A stretch of 64,000 nucleotides of DNA from Marine group II euryarchaeote REDSEA-S42_B7 (GCA_001629255.1 LURZ01000001.1:6850-70849); one strand, 5' to 3'; positions 51,494 to 61,049 are shown, counted from the stretch's first letter. Notes: generated by a model from the letters alone, not told the origin. Numbers and translations are program-made.

Positions 51494-52651
51494 CTATTTA
51501 CCCTTCCATTCTCTGTACTGTATCCAGTCTTCCTTCATATACACGTTAACCAGGGTATCCTCGTCCTCATCGGTAGGAAGTACGGAATCCAAATAGGCCC
51601 GATATTCTTCTTCCGACCCTTCGAAGGATTCACCTTCTACAGTGTAATTCTTCCCTGCATACTTGCCTATGCCCCTCTTGAACTTATCAGAGGGGATGTA
51701 CAACTCGGGCTCTCCTTCCTTGCGGGCCTTACTGATCCTGCCCATCTCTGCCCTGAGCTCCTGAAAGTAGAGGTCTCTGCTGGCCTCATTCAGGTGCTCT
51801 CTGTCTGCTTCCGTGTCAGCCTCTCTCTCGTCGTACCTACCTTTAATTCCGTAGACGTATGCCCACTCCGCGCTGCTGGAGTCATCTGTTCCGAAAAGGT
51901 CCAATCCGGTGCTAACCCACTTGTTGATGTATTTCTGAATGAGTGAGCAAGGGATCACTCCCTGCTTGACTACCCTACGAAGCCCGTTCGCTCCGGTTCC
52001 AAGGTGGAATGACTCTTCCTTCAGCATTGGTCCCATACTCGCAGCTAGTGGCTTGAAAGAAGAGGTGCTCAGCATCTTCAACTGGTACTTCCCGTCCCGG
52101 TCGATGAAGTGGGTGAACATGAAGAAGTCCAGCCAGTGGTCTATTGGCTCGTTGAAGGATCCAAGTATCCGAGTTCCCTCCTGAGCGTTCCTCTCGAGAA
52201 GCTTGGCGGCTTCCCTTACTCCTTGTTCGCCGAAGAACGTGCATAGCAGGTAGGCCATCTGCCAACCGTGCCTCTGTTCCTCGCACATTATTCTCAAGGC
52301 CGATTTTTTGTCATACTCGGTCGGCGCTGTTTCTAGGAGATGGTTCTGCTGTTCGACGCTGGCGAACTCGGTGTCTCCTTGGACGCTGACCATAGTCAGA
52401 ATCGCGTCAGTGATGTTCTGTTGCGGAATTTGCATCCTCCTCTCCCACTTGGGCATGCCCTCGAAGTCACCAAACTCTATTTCTGCTCCTGCTGTATCCC
52501 AATCGAATTTGATATCGAAGCTGTAATCGCCCAACCATGAGGGATCGAACCCGATTCTAGTCTGCCAGTCATTGAACATTTCAATCCAAGACTCAAAGTT
52601 CGTCGGATAATTTTGAACTATGTCAGTATCTGTCATGCTTTGCCCCAACAT
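51494..52651 (-). CDS. di-iron oxygenase of the PaaA/BoxB (acyl-CoA epoxidase) family
   Basis: Two E-x-x-H carboxylate-bridged di-iron motifs (MCEEQRHGW and LKEESFHLG) in a ferritin-like helical protein of 385 aa. Confidence 0.45.
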   Translation of the reverse strand: MLGQSMTDTDIVQNYPTNFESWIEMFNDWQTRIGFDPSWLGDYSFDIKFDWDTAGAEIEFGDFEGMPKWERRMQIPQQNITDAILTMVSVQGDTEFASVEQQNHLLETAPTEYDKKSALRIMCEEQRHGWQMAYLLCTFFGEQGVREAAKLLERNAQEGTRILGSFNEPIDHWLDFFMFTHFIDRDGKYQLKMLSTSSFKPLAASMGPMLKEESFHLGTGANGLRRVVKQGVIPCSLIQKYINKWVSTGLDLFGTDDSSSAEWAYVYGIKGRYDEREADTEADREHLNEASRDLYFQELRAEMGRISKARKEGEPELYIPSDKFKRGIGKYAGKNYTVEGESFEGSEEEYRAYLDSVLPTDEDEDTLVNVYMKEDWIQYREWKGK

Positions 52652-52697
52652 TAAGGGGTATTTCAGAGGTTGCTTTTCTTATCTACAAATGGACAGC

Positions 52698-53591
52698 CTA
52701 CTTTCCTTCAAACCTAGGTGTTTTCCTGTCAACGTATGCCTTGATACCTTCCTTTGCGTCTTCCGATTGGAATAGATCAGATTGCAATTCTCTTTCAAGA
52801 GCAAGATGGTACTCAAGCGGTATCTCCATGCCACTTTGCACGCTTCTCTTGATGTTCCCTATTGCCTTTGAAGCTGCGAATGGTAGCGAGAACCTTCCAG
52901 CGTAGTCAAGAACGTCCTGCCTAAACTCATCTAGGCTCAGTGAGTCATAGATGTCATGCACTAGATCCATTTCCCTGGATTCCTCGAAAGAGAACTTCCT
53001 TCCTGTAACCATTATCTCCATTGCTTTGGCTTTTCCGACCAGTCTAGACAGTCTAGCCGTTCCACCGGTACCTGCCAATACTCCGAGAGCGACCTCAGGC
53101 AGTCCTACCTGGTAATTGCCCTTTCTGGCTATCCGAATGTCAGCGGCCATTGCAATTTCCAGTCCGCCCCCAACCGTATGTCCGTTAAGTGCGGCTATGA
53201 CCAACTTGGGAGTCTGCTCCAAACGTGACAGAGTTTCGTTGGCGTGCAGGCAAAAGAAGTACTTGTATCTCGGAGACAGAGTGTTCAGATACTTTATGCT
53301 GGCACCTGCAGAGAAGAATTTTTCACCGTGTCCAGTTATCAGGATTACCGACACGTCATCATTGAATCTTGCTTCAAGTATGGCATCGTCAATGTCGTGC
53401 CACATCTCCCTTGTGTAGGTGTTCACCGGTGTCTTATCCCCCTCGAGTGGATCTCCGGCGGAATCGGAAATGAGCTCAATAATCGCGACTCCGTTTTTTG
53501 TCTCTCCGTAGTTAACGAGACGATTCTTCATGGGTTTAAGTTCTGGCCAAGACGTCATGCTCTCACGACTTAGTCCAGCCATATCAATCAA
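52698..53591 (-). CDS. enoyl-CoA hydratase/isomerase family protein
   Basis: Crotonase fold (LNGHTVGGGLEIAMAADIRIA). Confidence 0.75.
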   Translation of the reverse strand: MIDMAGLSRESMTSWPELKPMKNRLVNYGETKNGVAIIELISDSAGDPLEGDKTPVNTYTREMWHDIDDAILEARFNDDVSVILITGHGEKFFSAGASIKYLNTLSPRYKYFFCLHANETLSRLEQTPKLVIAALNGHTVGGGLEIAMAADIRIARKGNYQVGLPEVALGVLAGTGGTARLSRLVGKAKAMEIMVTGRKFSFEESREMDLVHDIYDSLSLDEFRQDVLDYAGRFSLPFAASKAIGNIKRSVQSGMEIPLEYHLALERELQSDLFQSEDAKEGIKAYVDRKTPRFEGK

Positions 53592-53608
53592 ACGGAGGCA
53601 ATACTAGG

Positions 53609-54832
53609 CTATTCATCCGTCTCTTTGAACGATACAGCCCCTCCCTTGCTTCTTGTGGATTTCCATTGCTCACGAACTCTTTCAGCCTCAATGCTAGGAT
53701 CCCATGAATCTCTCTTTAGCGACTTTCTGAAGGGCATCCTGTGGACAACTCTACCGTCTGAAAGATCCTTCCTTCTCAGCATTCCAATCTTGACAATCGG
53801 CCACAATGCCCTTCGGAATAGCCCGGGTTTATACAGCCAACGCATGAAGTTCAATCCGTCTCCGTTCCTCTTCTGATCTCTCATCCATTGATTTGCTACC
53901 ATCTTGAATCCTCTATCACCAACCCTGTTCATTAGGAAACGATTTATCGCGCTGGCTTTTACGAGAGGAACAAGCCTCCTCCTTACTTCTTTTTCATAGT
54001 CGAATTCCCCTAGTAAAGACTTAGCCGCCAGCACTCCACTGGTTATAGCGTATCTCATGCCAAAACCCCACATGAAGTCCTGTAGGCCCCCAGCTTCGCC
54101 AACGTACAGCCTTTCCTCATGGACGTACTTGGTAGGTATTCCGAAGTCCCCCTTCCCACCGACCCTCTTTATGGGCTCCCTATCCAAGTCGTAATTTCGT
54201 TCATACCACGCTATTGTTTCATCCAGGTATCTCCCACTATTCCTTTGTTTACGCCAAAGACAAGTGCAAATAAGCCCGATTCCGTCAATTATTATCAGGT
54301 AAGAGTATGCACCAGGGGCCAACTTGTCATTCAATTGGAAAGCCACTAGGTTTCGGTGGCTCGTATGGAATATCTCGCCGTATGCGACGGCACTCGACTC
54401 TCTAGGTCCTGCGGCAACTATGTCGCACTCCTCAGGAGATTTCTTCACTCCGTAGTGTATCTTCACTCCAGACTCTAAGGCCATCCTCTTGAACGCCTGA
54501 TCAATTGTATGCTCCGCAGTGCCTCTCTCAACCACCCTGAAAGCCACGCCTTCCGTTTTTGGATTGGTCACAACATCATCTGGGTGGATTAAATCAATAA
54601 TTCCAAATGAATCAGACTTGAACTCTGTCGCGTCGAATCCCCAATCTGCTAACTCCTCGAAGAAGTCAATATCGCTCGTCCAATTCTCGATGCCCTGGAA
54701 GTCCCCATCGAACCTTGCTCCGCTATCAGACCGGATTTCATGAACGTGAACATCCTTCCCGGCTTTTGCCAATATCGTTGCAGATGAGAGACCTGAGAGA
54801 CCTGCTCCAAGGATGTGCACTTCGGCGCTCAC
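53609..54832 (-). CDS. FAD-dependent oxidoreductase (geranylgeranyl-reductase/monooxygenase-like)
   Basis: The GxGxxG dinucleotide-binding motif reads HILGAGLSGLSSA. The start is set at the GTG preceded by GGAGG (about 54832). The track ORF extends to 55024 and would overlap moaE. Confidence 0.55.
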   Translation of the reverse strand: MSAEVHILGAGLSGLSSATILAKAGKDVHVHEIRSDSGARFDGDFQGIENWTSDIDFFEELADWGFDATEFKSDSFGIIDLIHPDDVVTNPKTEGVAFRVVERGTAEHTIDQAFKRMALESGVKIHYGVKKSPEECDIVAAGPRESSAVAYGEIFHTSHRNLVAFQLNDKLAPGAYSYLIIIDGIGLICTCLWRKQRNSGRYLDETIAWYERNYDLDREPIKRVGGKGDFGIPTKYVHEERLYVGEAGGLQDFMWGFGMRYAITSGVLAAKSLLGEFDYEKEVRRRLVPLVKASAINRFLMNRVGDRGFKMVANQWMRDQKRNGDGLNFMRWLYKPGLFRRALWPIVKIGMLRRKDLSDGRVVHRMPFRKSLKRDSWDPSIEAERVREQWKSTRSKGGAVSFKETDE

Positions 54833-54908
54833 GGTTTCGCGACCTCCTATGTTCGCTTGAACGGTTGGGTCACCCGTCGGTTTCAAGGCATAAATCCCAT
54901 GGGGGGGC

Positions 54909-55328
54909 GTGGCAGTCCATATCGAGGTTGAGAGTAAAACTCTGGATATCTCCAGACTTCGTGGCATTATCGACTCCAAGGGATGTGGTAGCGTAGTCAG
55001 TTTTGTTGGATTAACTAGGGACATTGAGGATGGAGTCCCAGTTAAGGGACTAGAGTTCGATGCTTGGGAGAATGAACTTCCGAAGGTTCTTCAGAGTATA
55101 GCAGAAGAGGCAATTTCCACATTCGGGGTAAGCTCCATTGTTATGTCACATAGAACTGGATTCGTTGAACCCGGCGAAGAGATAGTTTGCATCCATGTAG
55201 GCTCAGCCCACAGGGCCGAGGGCTTTACCGCATGTTCTTGGCTCATTTCTGAGCTGAAGAGGCAGGCTCCTCTCTGGAAAAAGGAGTTGAGGGAGGACGG
55301 AGAATTCTGGAAGGCAGGTCTTGGATAG
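54909..55328 (+). CDS. moaE: molybdopterin synthase catalytic subunit
   Basis: The 139-aa protein has a MoaE-like conserved core (…VVSFVGLTRD…HRTG…). Confidence 0.7.
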   Translation: MAVHIEVESKTLDISRLRGIIDSKGCGSVVSFVGLTRDIEDGVPVKGLEFDAWENELPKVLQSIAEEAISTFGVSSIVMSHRTGFVEPGEEIVCIHVGSAHRAEGFTACSWLISELKRQAPLWKKELREDGEFWKAGLG

Positions 55329-55400
55329 GGCCGCTTGAATCTACCACTCTAGTCCGTGCGTCTGAATAGGGTGGACCTATTCCGGCGAGGCGGTGAGGTG

Positions 55401-55859
55401 ATGGGCGACAGTTGGTCTGGAATAGTTGACGTGGGTTCGAAACCAATTGTGCGGAGGGAGGCCATTGCTACTGGCATGATTCTGCTGAAGTCAGAATCTA
55501 TTGACGCAGTGGCCAATGGGTCTTCTCCGAAGGGAGATGTCCGCGAAGCCTCAACTATTTCCGCAATTCAGGCAGTCAAAGAGACCTCTCGCACCCTTCC
55601 TCACTGTCATCCTATACCCATCGAGGGGTGCCATGTGGAGTGGGTGTTAGAAGAAACAGGACTGAGGTGTAATGTTACAGTAAGGACCCATTGGACAACT
55701 GGGGTTGAGATGGAAGCTCTCTGTGGAGTAAGCGCCGGGTTGCTTTGCGCTTGGGACATGTTGAAGCCGATAGAGAAGGATAAGGAAGGGCAATATCCCC
55801 GAGTAAGAATTGAGGATATCCGGGTCCTAAGAAAGAAGAAGGAACATCCGCAGGATTGA
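55401..55859 (+). CDS. moaC: cyclic pyranopterin monophosphate synthase
   Basis: KGDV…, TGVEMEALCGVSAGLL and LPHCHPIP are MoaC hallmarks. The start is moved to the internal ATG (MGDSWSGIVDV). Confidence 0.8.
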   Translation: MGDSWSGIVDVGSKPIVRREAIATGMILLKSESIDAVANGSSPKGDVREASTISAIQAVKETSRTLPHCHPIPIEGCHVEWVLEETGLRCNVTVRTHWTTGVEMEALCGVSAGLLCAWDMLKPIEKDKEGQYPRVRIEDIRVLRKKKEHPQD

Positions 55860-55883
55860 ATTCTATGACCCTTTCACAGGGGC

Positions 55884-56831
55884 ATGCCTACGGCTGACCT
55901 AATTCCAGATTTTCTCAAGGCCACAGAGGCTGCAGCTATCGCTGCTTCAAGTTGGAGGGGGCTAGGAGATGGAAAGGGGGCCGACGGAGCCGCTGTCGAA
56001 GCAATGCGTGCAATCTTCGACGCTGTTCCTTTCGATGGCAGAGTTGCCATTGGTGAGGGCGAGAGGGACGACGCTCCAATGCTGTGGATTGGAGAGCCTC
56101 TCGGATCTAAGCAAGGAGATCCAAATTATCCATCGATAGACATCGCTGTTGATCCTCTTGAATGTACCAATCACGTAGCAAATGATCTCCCAAATGCAAT
56201 GGCAGTACTGGCCGCAGCCCCAAGGGGGACCCTATTGCATGCTCCGGATTGCTACATGGACAAGATAGCAGGGCCTTCAGAGATATTCGACGCTGTTAGC
56301 TTGGAGGCAGATGTCGATTACAACATCGAGGGAGCCTCAGATGCATTGGGTAAGAGCCCATCCGAAATGCAAGTAGTGGTGATGGATAGGCCCAGGCATA
56401 AAGACTTGATTAGAAATCTGAAGGATATGGGAATTTCTCCGGTGCTGATTGGTGATGGGGACATAGCTGCAGCACTGAACGCTGCTGATCCTGATTCAGA
56501 GATTGATATGTTGATGGGGATAGGGGCAGCCCCGGAGGGAGTGATTACAGCAACGGCTCTAAGAGGTCTCGATGCTCCATTTGAGGGAAGACTTGTGTTC
56601 AAAAACGAAGGACACCGGGAGAGAGCAGAGGAAATGATCGAAGGAGATGTAGAGAGAATCTGGTCACGGGACGAACTCTGTTCGACGGAAGACTCGATTT
56701 TCATTGGTACAGGTGTTTGTGACGGCAGAACAAAAGGGGTTGAAGACCTTGGACAAGGGTCCTATACTGTTCATTCCGAGATTATAGATGTCAAATCAAA
56801 AGAACACTACTTCGTTTCAACTACAATTTAG
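55884..56831 (+). CDS. glpX: class II fructose-1,6-bisphosphatase (GlpX-type)
   Basis: N-terminal EAAAIAASSWRGLGDGKGADGAAVEAMR plus metal-binding Asp/Glu blocks. Length is 315 aa. Confidence 0.75.
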   Translation: MPTADLIPDFLKATEAAAIAASSWRGLGDGKGADGAAVEAMRAIFDAVPFDGRVAIGEGERDDAPMLWIGEPLGSKQGDPNYPSIDIAVDPLECTNHVANDLPNAMAVLAAAPRGTLLHAPDCYMDKIAGPSEIFDAVSLEADVDYNIEGASDALGKSPSEMQVVVMDRPRHKDLIRNLKDMGISPVLIGDGDIAAALNAADPDSEIDMLMGIGAAPEGVITATALRGLDAPFEGRLVFKNEGHRERAEEMIEGDVERIWSRDELCSTEDSIFIGTGVCDGRTKGVEDLGQGSYTVHSEIIDVKSKEHYFVSTTI

Positions 56832-56895
56832 AGGGGGAAAACACTGACGATGGTTTCTTTTCTTACTGCCCCCTCCATTACTCCGAGGAAAGAAG

Positions 56896-57915
56896 ATGGA
56901 TAGGGAATTGTTGGAAAAAAATGCAAGATTTTTGGTCTCCCCAGGAAGAGGCATACTTGCTGCAGATGAGAGCAACGGGACGATGTCCAATCGCTTGGAA
57001 GCAGTAGGTGTAAAAGCATCATCTGATACCAGAAGGGAATACCGTGTCAATCTCTTCTCCACGGAGGGTTATGAATCTGCAATTAGTGGTGTTATACTAT
57101 TTGATGAAACAATCCGTCAGACAATGAAAGATGGGACTCCAATACCCTCCGAACTTTCCAATAGAGGAATCCTCCCAGGAATAAAGGTCGACACAGGAGC
57201 GAAGGAACTGGCCAATCATGAGGGTGAGAAAATCACAGAGGGACTAGATGGACTTCGAGAAAGATGTTCTGAGTATTTCGCAATGGGTGCCAGATTTGCT
57301 AAATGGCGTGCGGTAATTAAGATCGATGCAGGACTTCCGACCAAGGCGTGCATTAGTGCTAATGCACATGCCTTGGCAAGGTACTCAGCAATCTGCCAGG
57401 AGCAAGGGCTAGTTCCTATAATCGAACCAGAGGTTCTGATGGACGGGGACCATGATGCTAACAGATGCTACGAGGTAACGGCAGAAATTTTGGATGCCAC
57501 ATTCTCTGAGTGTGAAAGCCAAGGTGTACATATTCCTGGAGCTTTGCTAAAACCAAATATGATAATTCAAGGCAATGATTGTGAGAACCAGACTTCTAGA
57601 GAGGAGGTTGCAAATCTCACTGTCGAATGTCTAACTAATCATGTTCCTCACAATCTCCCTGGGATAGTATTCTTATCTGGGGGACAATCTGACGAAGATG
57701 CCACAGCACACCTCAATTTGATGAATAAGATGACTTCCGAGCATCCTTGGGAGCTATCATACTCCTATGGTAGGGCATTACAAGCCGACGCCCTTCAAAA
57801 GTGGGCGGAGGCTACCGGTGAATCTGATATATCTAGCCAAAAAGCATTTTCGCATAGGGCGAAAATGAATAGCTTGGCAAGGTTTGGAGACTGGAGTCAG
57901 GACCTAGAGTCGTGA
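56896..57915 (+). CDS. fba: class I fructose-bisphosphate aldolase (eukaryotic/ALDO-type)
   Basis: N-terminal GRGILAADES, the Schiff-base Lys context (GALLKPNM) and the C-terminal LSGGQSDEDA. At 339 aa it is close to the 360-aa eukaryotic class I enzymes. Confidence 0.85.
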   Translation: MDRELLEKNARFLVSPGRGILAADESNGTMSNRLEAVGVKASSDTRREYRVNLFSTEGYESAISGVILFDETIRQTMKDGTPIPSELSNRGILPGIKVDTGAKELANHEGEKITEGLDGLRERCSEYFAMGARFAKWRAVIKIDAGLPTKACISANAHALARYSAICQEQGLVPIIEPEVLMDGDHDANRCYEVTAEILDATFSECESQGVHIPGALLKPNMIIQGNDCENQTSREEVANLTVECLTNHVPHNLPGIVFLSGGQSDEDATAHLNLMNKMTSEHPWELSYSYGRALQADALQKWAEATGESDISSQKAFSHRAKMNSLARFGDWSQDLES

Positions 57916-58170
57916 TTACGCCTTGTCTTCCAAAGCGCCTGGGCGAACCTGCCAGACGCAGATTTCGTACCTGCCAGAAAGTGCCCCACCTCTTTTGGTC
58001 GTAGCCACCTTCAGTATGTCTTTGTCCTTCGAAAGAACATTCCCTAGCTGTTGCGGAGTAGTTCCATGCCTCATAGTTGAGTTAACATGTTCTAGTATTT
58101 CGGTGGTGTTCGCCTCTCCTCTTTCGTCTAGGAATTTCTTGATCTTCTGCCTCAGTCTTGTGGTCCTCAT
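57916..58170 (-). CDS. small basic hypothetical protein (possible winged-helix DNA-binding protein)
   Basis: 84 aa and Lys/Arg-rich. It is divergent from the 874-aa ORF across an AT-rich region. It matches no recognisable family. Confidence 0.3.
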   Translation of the reverse strand: MRTTRLRQKIKKFLDERGEANTTEILEHVNSTMRHGTTPQQLGNVLSKDKDILKVATTKRGGALSGRYEICVWQVRPGALEDKA

Positions 58171-58243
58171 ATTCTCACTCTTCTTGTTCCCGGGACCCCC
58201 ACAACGTCCGCTTTTCTCAGGATAGCGGATGGTAATATAATGC

Positions 58244-58312
58244 TTCTGTATGTTTTTTCTCTACTTGGTTACAAATAATGACAGTTTTTTTGCATTTTCT
58301 GTATGTTTTTTC
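58244..58312. repeat. two copies of a 16-nt direct repeat TTCTGTATGTTTTTTC, about 53 nt apart, in the AT-rich divergent intergenic region
   Basis: Read directly from the sequence (copy 1 at about 58244-58259, copy 2 at about 58297-58312). Flanking oligo-T/A tracts and TATA-like elements lie nearby. Confidence 0.6.
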
Positions 58313-58424
58313 CACTGCACATCTCAATAACTGATATTTCCACTGGAAAGGTATAACTAAATGTAACAAAAACAAATATTTTATTACTATCTTTCGTAGA
58401 GTATCCTCCTGTAGGTGTTTTTTC

Positions 58425-61049
58425 GTGTCAGATGCTTCCCGATTCGTCCATGATGAGCCGAAGAAAATCAGAAGTAAGCACCGTCGCAGGATTCTCTCCC
58501 TGCTCTCGGATGGTGAAGCCACAGTCTCTCTTTTATCTTCAGAGTCAGGACTCAGAATGCCTCACGTGTCTGCTGAGATCAGTCGTATGAGGGCCGAGGG
58601 GCTGGCTACAAGTGACCTTCCCCCTGGTTCTAGGGGTGCAAGAATCAGACTCACTGAGGATGGTTGGAGCGCTCTAGAGGATGACGAGTGGTCGAAAGTA
58701 ATTGAGTTGAAGGCACCATCCTCAAACTCAGATTTCTGCTGTGTATTATCCCGGGACGAAGAAAATCTAACCTTGTGTTTTTTGAGCGTTCCAAGAGAAC
58801 CCTTGGTGCAGATTCCAAACCGAATCGCGACCCTAATCCCAGAGACTACTACGTCCACAAGAAACACAGGGGTCTCTTGGAGTTGGGCAGTTCTTTCTGA
58901 GGCTAACCCTCGTTGGTTCGACAGAGAGAAAATGATAATCCTAGATTCACCTCCGGAGTTTGCCGATCCAGGAAGTATAGAGTCATATTCAGAAAAACCA
59001 CAAATCTTCGGAGTTATCAGGGCCAAGCTCGTGCGCCAATCTTCTAACTCAATAATTTCACCGGGTGAATGGTTTTCTCAACCAAACCAGATTTACACTG
59101 CTCCATTGGACGAGGCTACTCATCACAGAGGAGATTGGACTCTTGGCTCACCCCATAGCAAATCGCCGGATGTTAGACCGACTCAACCAATTGTTGCTAC
59201 CATCAAAGAAAGACTTCCACTTTCTGTTCTACTCAGGTCAGCCAGGTCAAACTCGCTGGTAATTGCAGATCTTAGAGGATTGGGAATGGAAGGCGAAGAA
59301 TACCCCATCGGGGCACTTAGATATTGGATTAAAAAAGCCCATCCTAGGCTTTCAGAGGCTGAAAGGAGAAGGAGATTAAACTCGTTGATCGATAGGATTT
59401 CATCCTCTAGAAGAATAAAGGTTCCAGAGTCTACGATTAGAAAATTTAGGAAGGACTGGGCGGGAAGAAAATTCTCAAACGATGAATCGGCAATCAGATC
59501 AATCGAGTTGAGGGGTCTGAGTAAAAACGCAACAGAGTCCATAATCAGGTGGTCCATGGATAATGATTCAACTCCATTAGTGATAGAGATCAGGCATAAT
59601 TTGCCAAGTGAATTAATGTCTAGAATTGCATCTAAGCAGAATCTTAGACTAGTAATCTTCGACCACCTACCAGATCAATTCTTTTCATTCACTGTGCTCG
59701 AAGTTGATAGGATTCGAACGCTTCCTTGGTTGAGTTATCGTACTAGTAAGGGAGAGAGGATACCAGTAAGGATGGTAGAAAGAGGAAAAATCACAGACTA
59801 CCCAGCAGAACCAGAGAACACAACAATTTCTCCATGGCAAATCTTGAAACTCCCTTCTGAGGATGATGAGTACAAACAAGAAATTGCAAGAAATTCAGCT
59901 TCAATAATTAGCTCTGCCGTCTCACAATTTCCCGATGGCGATGAGGAGTGGGCGAATCAAATGGAGGCAATGTATCCACTCGCGTCCTGGATAGCATCTC
60001 CAAGGACAACTAGGTGGCAAAGATGGCAGAGAGTTTCCACGAGGTTGGATTCAGAATGGATAGCACTACTTGATCTGGATTATGTTCCAATTGAGAAGAT
60101 TTCAGAATTGGCCAATCAAGCCCCGAAATCAGTAAAGGAAATTTTCTCACGAACCTTAACTTCAAAACTTAGAGAGAATCCGGATAATCTGTTAAGATCA
60201 TGGCCAGCAATAGATCCAAGTCGAGCCAATTCAGGTGCTTCTTGGCTGGCATCCCACTTTATTCAGAACTCAGCTTGGATGCCTAAAGAGACGCATCATG
60301 ACATCATTGGCTGGGCCGTTGAGGCGTGGCTATCCAACCCCCCTGCTGAATCTCTTGGGGCTCTAGATGGCATTAACTGGCTCTTTACTTCTGGAAATCT
60401 AGAGAAAGCGGTTTTCAATAGTCTAATTATAAGAATTAGAGACATCGGAACCTCACTCCCTAAGGGACATCACCTCAACACTTGGTCTAGGCTTCATGAC
60501 CACGCTTTAGGGAAAAGAGAGGCTAAACTGGAAGATATACAATTATTCATCACACATATCCCCAATTCATGGTGGGTACCATTTTCATCAGAATTCTTGA
60601 AAATGATACTGAATAGTGCCATTACAGACGAATTCTTCAGTGTAAATATTCCTTGGTGTTCAAATGTACTTAGGCCGAAAGGAGAGGTTTCATATTTTCC
60701 AGGCCTATCTTCTAAAATTAATCAGGGATGTGATATCGAAATTTTCCCTTTACTGCAGAACTACTTACGATCAGTTAGTTCCGAGGTAGGAGATGTCAAT
60801 TCTATGAATCATCTCTGGGATTTGCTATCTGCGTTAGAATCAGTTAGAGAAGGCTCTAACCCATCTGTTGGGCTTTCTCATAAACTATCAGGCTGGCTAG
60901 CACAACCACTTGAGAAATGGCCCAACTTCACTCTGGAGATGATTATGGATGGAGACAAAGACGTTTCAGAAAGTCTAATTCTTCGGAAATCTGGATTTCA
61001 CGAAGGTCTTAGAAATTTCGATAGTTCTGCTCAACCGTTGGGTTCTTGA
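58425..61049 (+). CDS. large hypothetical cytoplasmic protein with N-terminal HTH/winged-helix-like segment (ORFan)
   Basis: 874 aa with no Walker or TM motifs, and an N-terminal RRRILSLLSDGEATVSLL… HTH-like region. GC is lower than the window average, and the gene is preceded by an AT-rich repeat-containing region. Confidence 0.4.
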   Translation: MSDASRFVHDEPKKIRSKHRRRILSLLSDGEATVSLLSSESGLRMPHVSAEISRMRAEGLATSDLPPGSRGARIRLTEDGWSALEDDEWSKVIELKAPSSNSDFCCVLSRDEENLTLCFLSVPREPLVQIPNRIATLIPETTTSTRNTGVSWSWAVLSEANPRWFDREKMIILDSPPEFADPGSIESYSEKPQIFGVIRAKLVRQSSNSIISPGEWFSQPNQIYTAPLDEATHHRGDWTLGSPHSKSPDVRPTQPIVATIKERLPLSVLLRSARSNSLVIADLRGLGMEGEEYPIGALRYWIKKAHPRLSEAERRRRLNSLIDRISSSRRIKVPESTIRKFRKDWAGRKFSNDESAIRSIELRGLSKNATESIIRWSMDNDSTPLVIEIRHNLPSELMSRIASKQNLRLVIFDHLPDQFFSFTVLEVDRIRTLPWLSYRTSKGERIPVRMVERGKITDYPAEPENTTISPWQILKLPSEDDEYKQEIARNSASIISSAVSQFPDGDEEWANQMEAMYPLASWIASPRTTRWQRWQRVSTRLDSEWIALLDLDYVPIEKISELANQAPKSVKEIFSRTLTSKLRENPDNLLRSWPAIDPSRANSGASWLASHFIQNSAWMPKETHHDIIGWAVEAWLSNPPAESLGALDGINWLFTSGNLEKAVFNSLIIRIRDIGTSLPKGHHLNTWSRLHDHALGKREAKLEDIQLFITHIPNSWWVPFSSEFLKMILNSAITDEFFSVNIPWCSNVLRPKGEVSYFPGLSSKINQGCDIEIFPLLQNYLRSVSSEVGDVNSMNHLWDLLSALESVREGSNPSVGLSHKLSGWLAQPLEKWPNFTLEMIMDGDKDVSESLILRKSGFHEGLRNFDSSAQPLGS

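Noticed and set aside
50916-52651. Whether the di-iron oxygenase (385 aa) and the following 190-aa ORF are one frameshifted gene
   Set aside because: There is no sequence continuity or shared-domain evidence across the junction. A TAG stop and a TAA in the second frame separate them. They are kept as two genes, possibly subunits.
58217-58522. A 101-aa minus-strand ORF spanning the AT-rich intergenic region and the start of the 874-aa gene
   Set aside because: It runs through a promoter-like AT-rich region and overlaps the N-terminus of a better-supported gene. It is likely non-coding.
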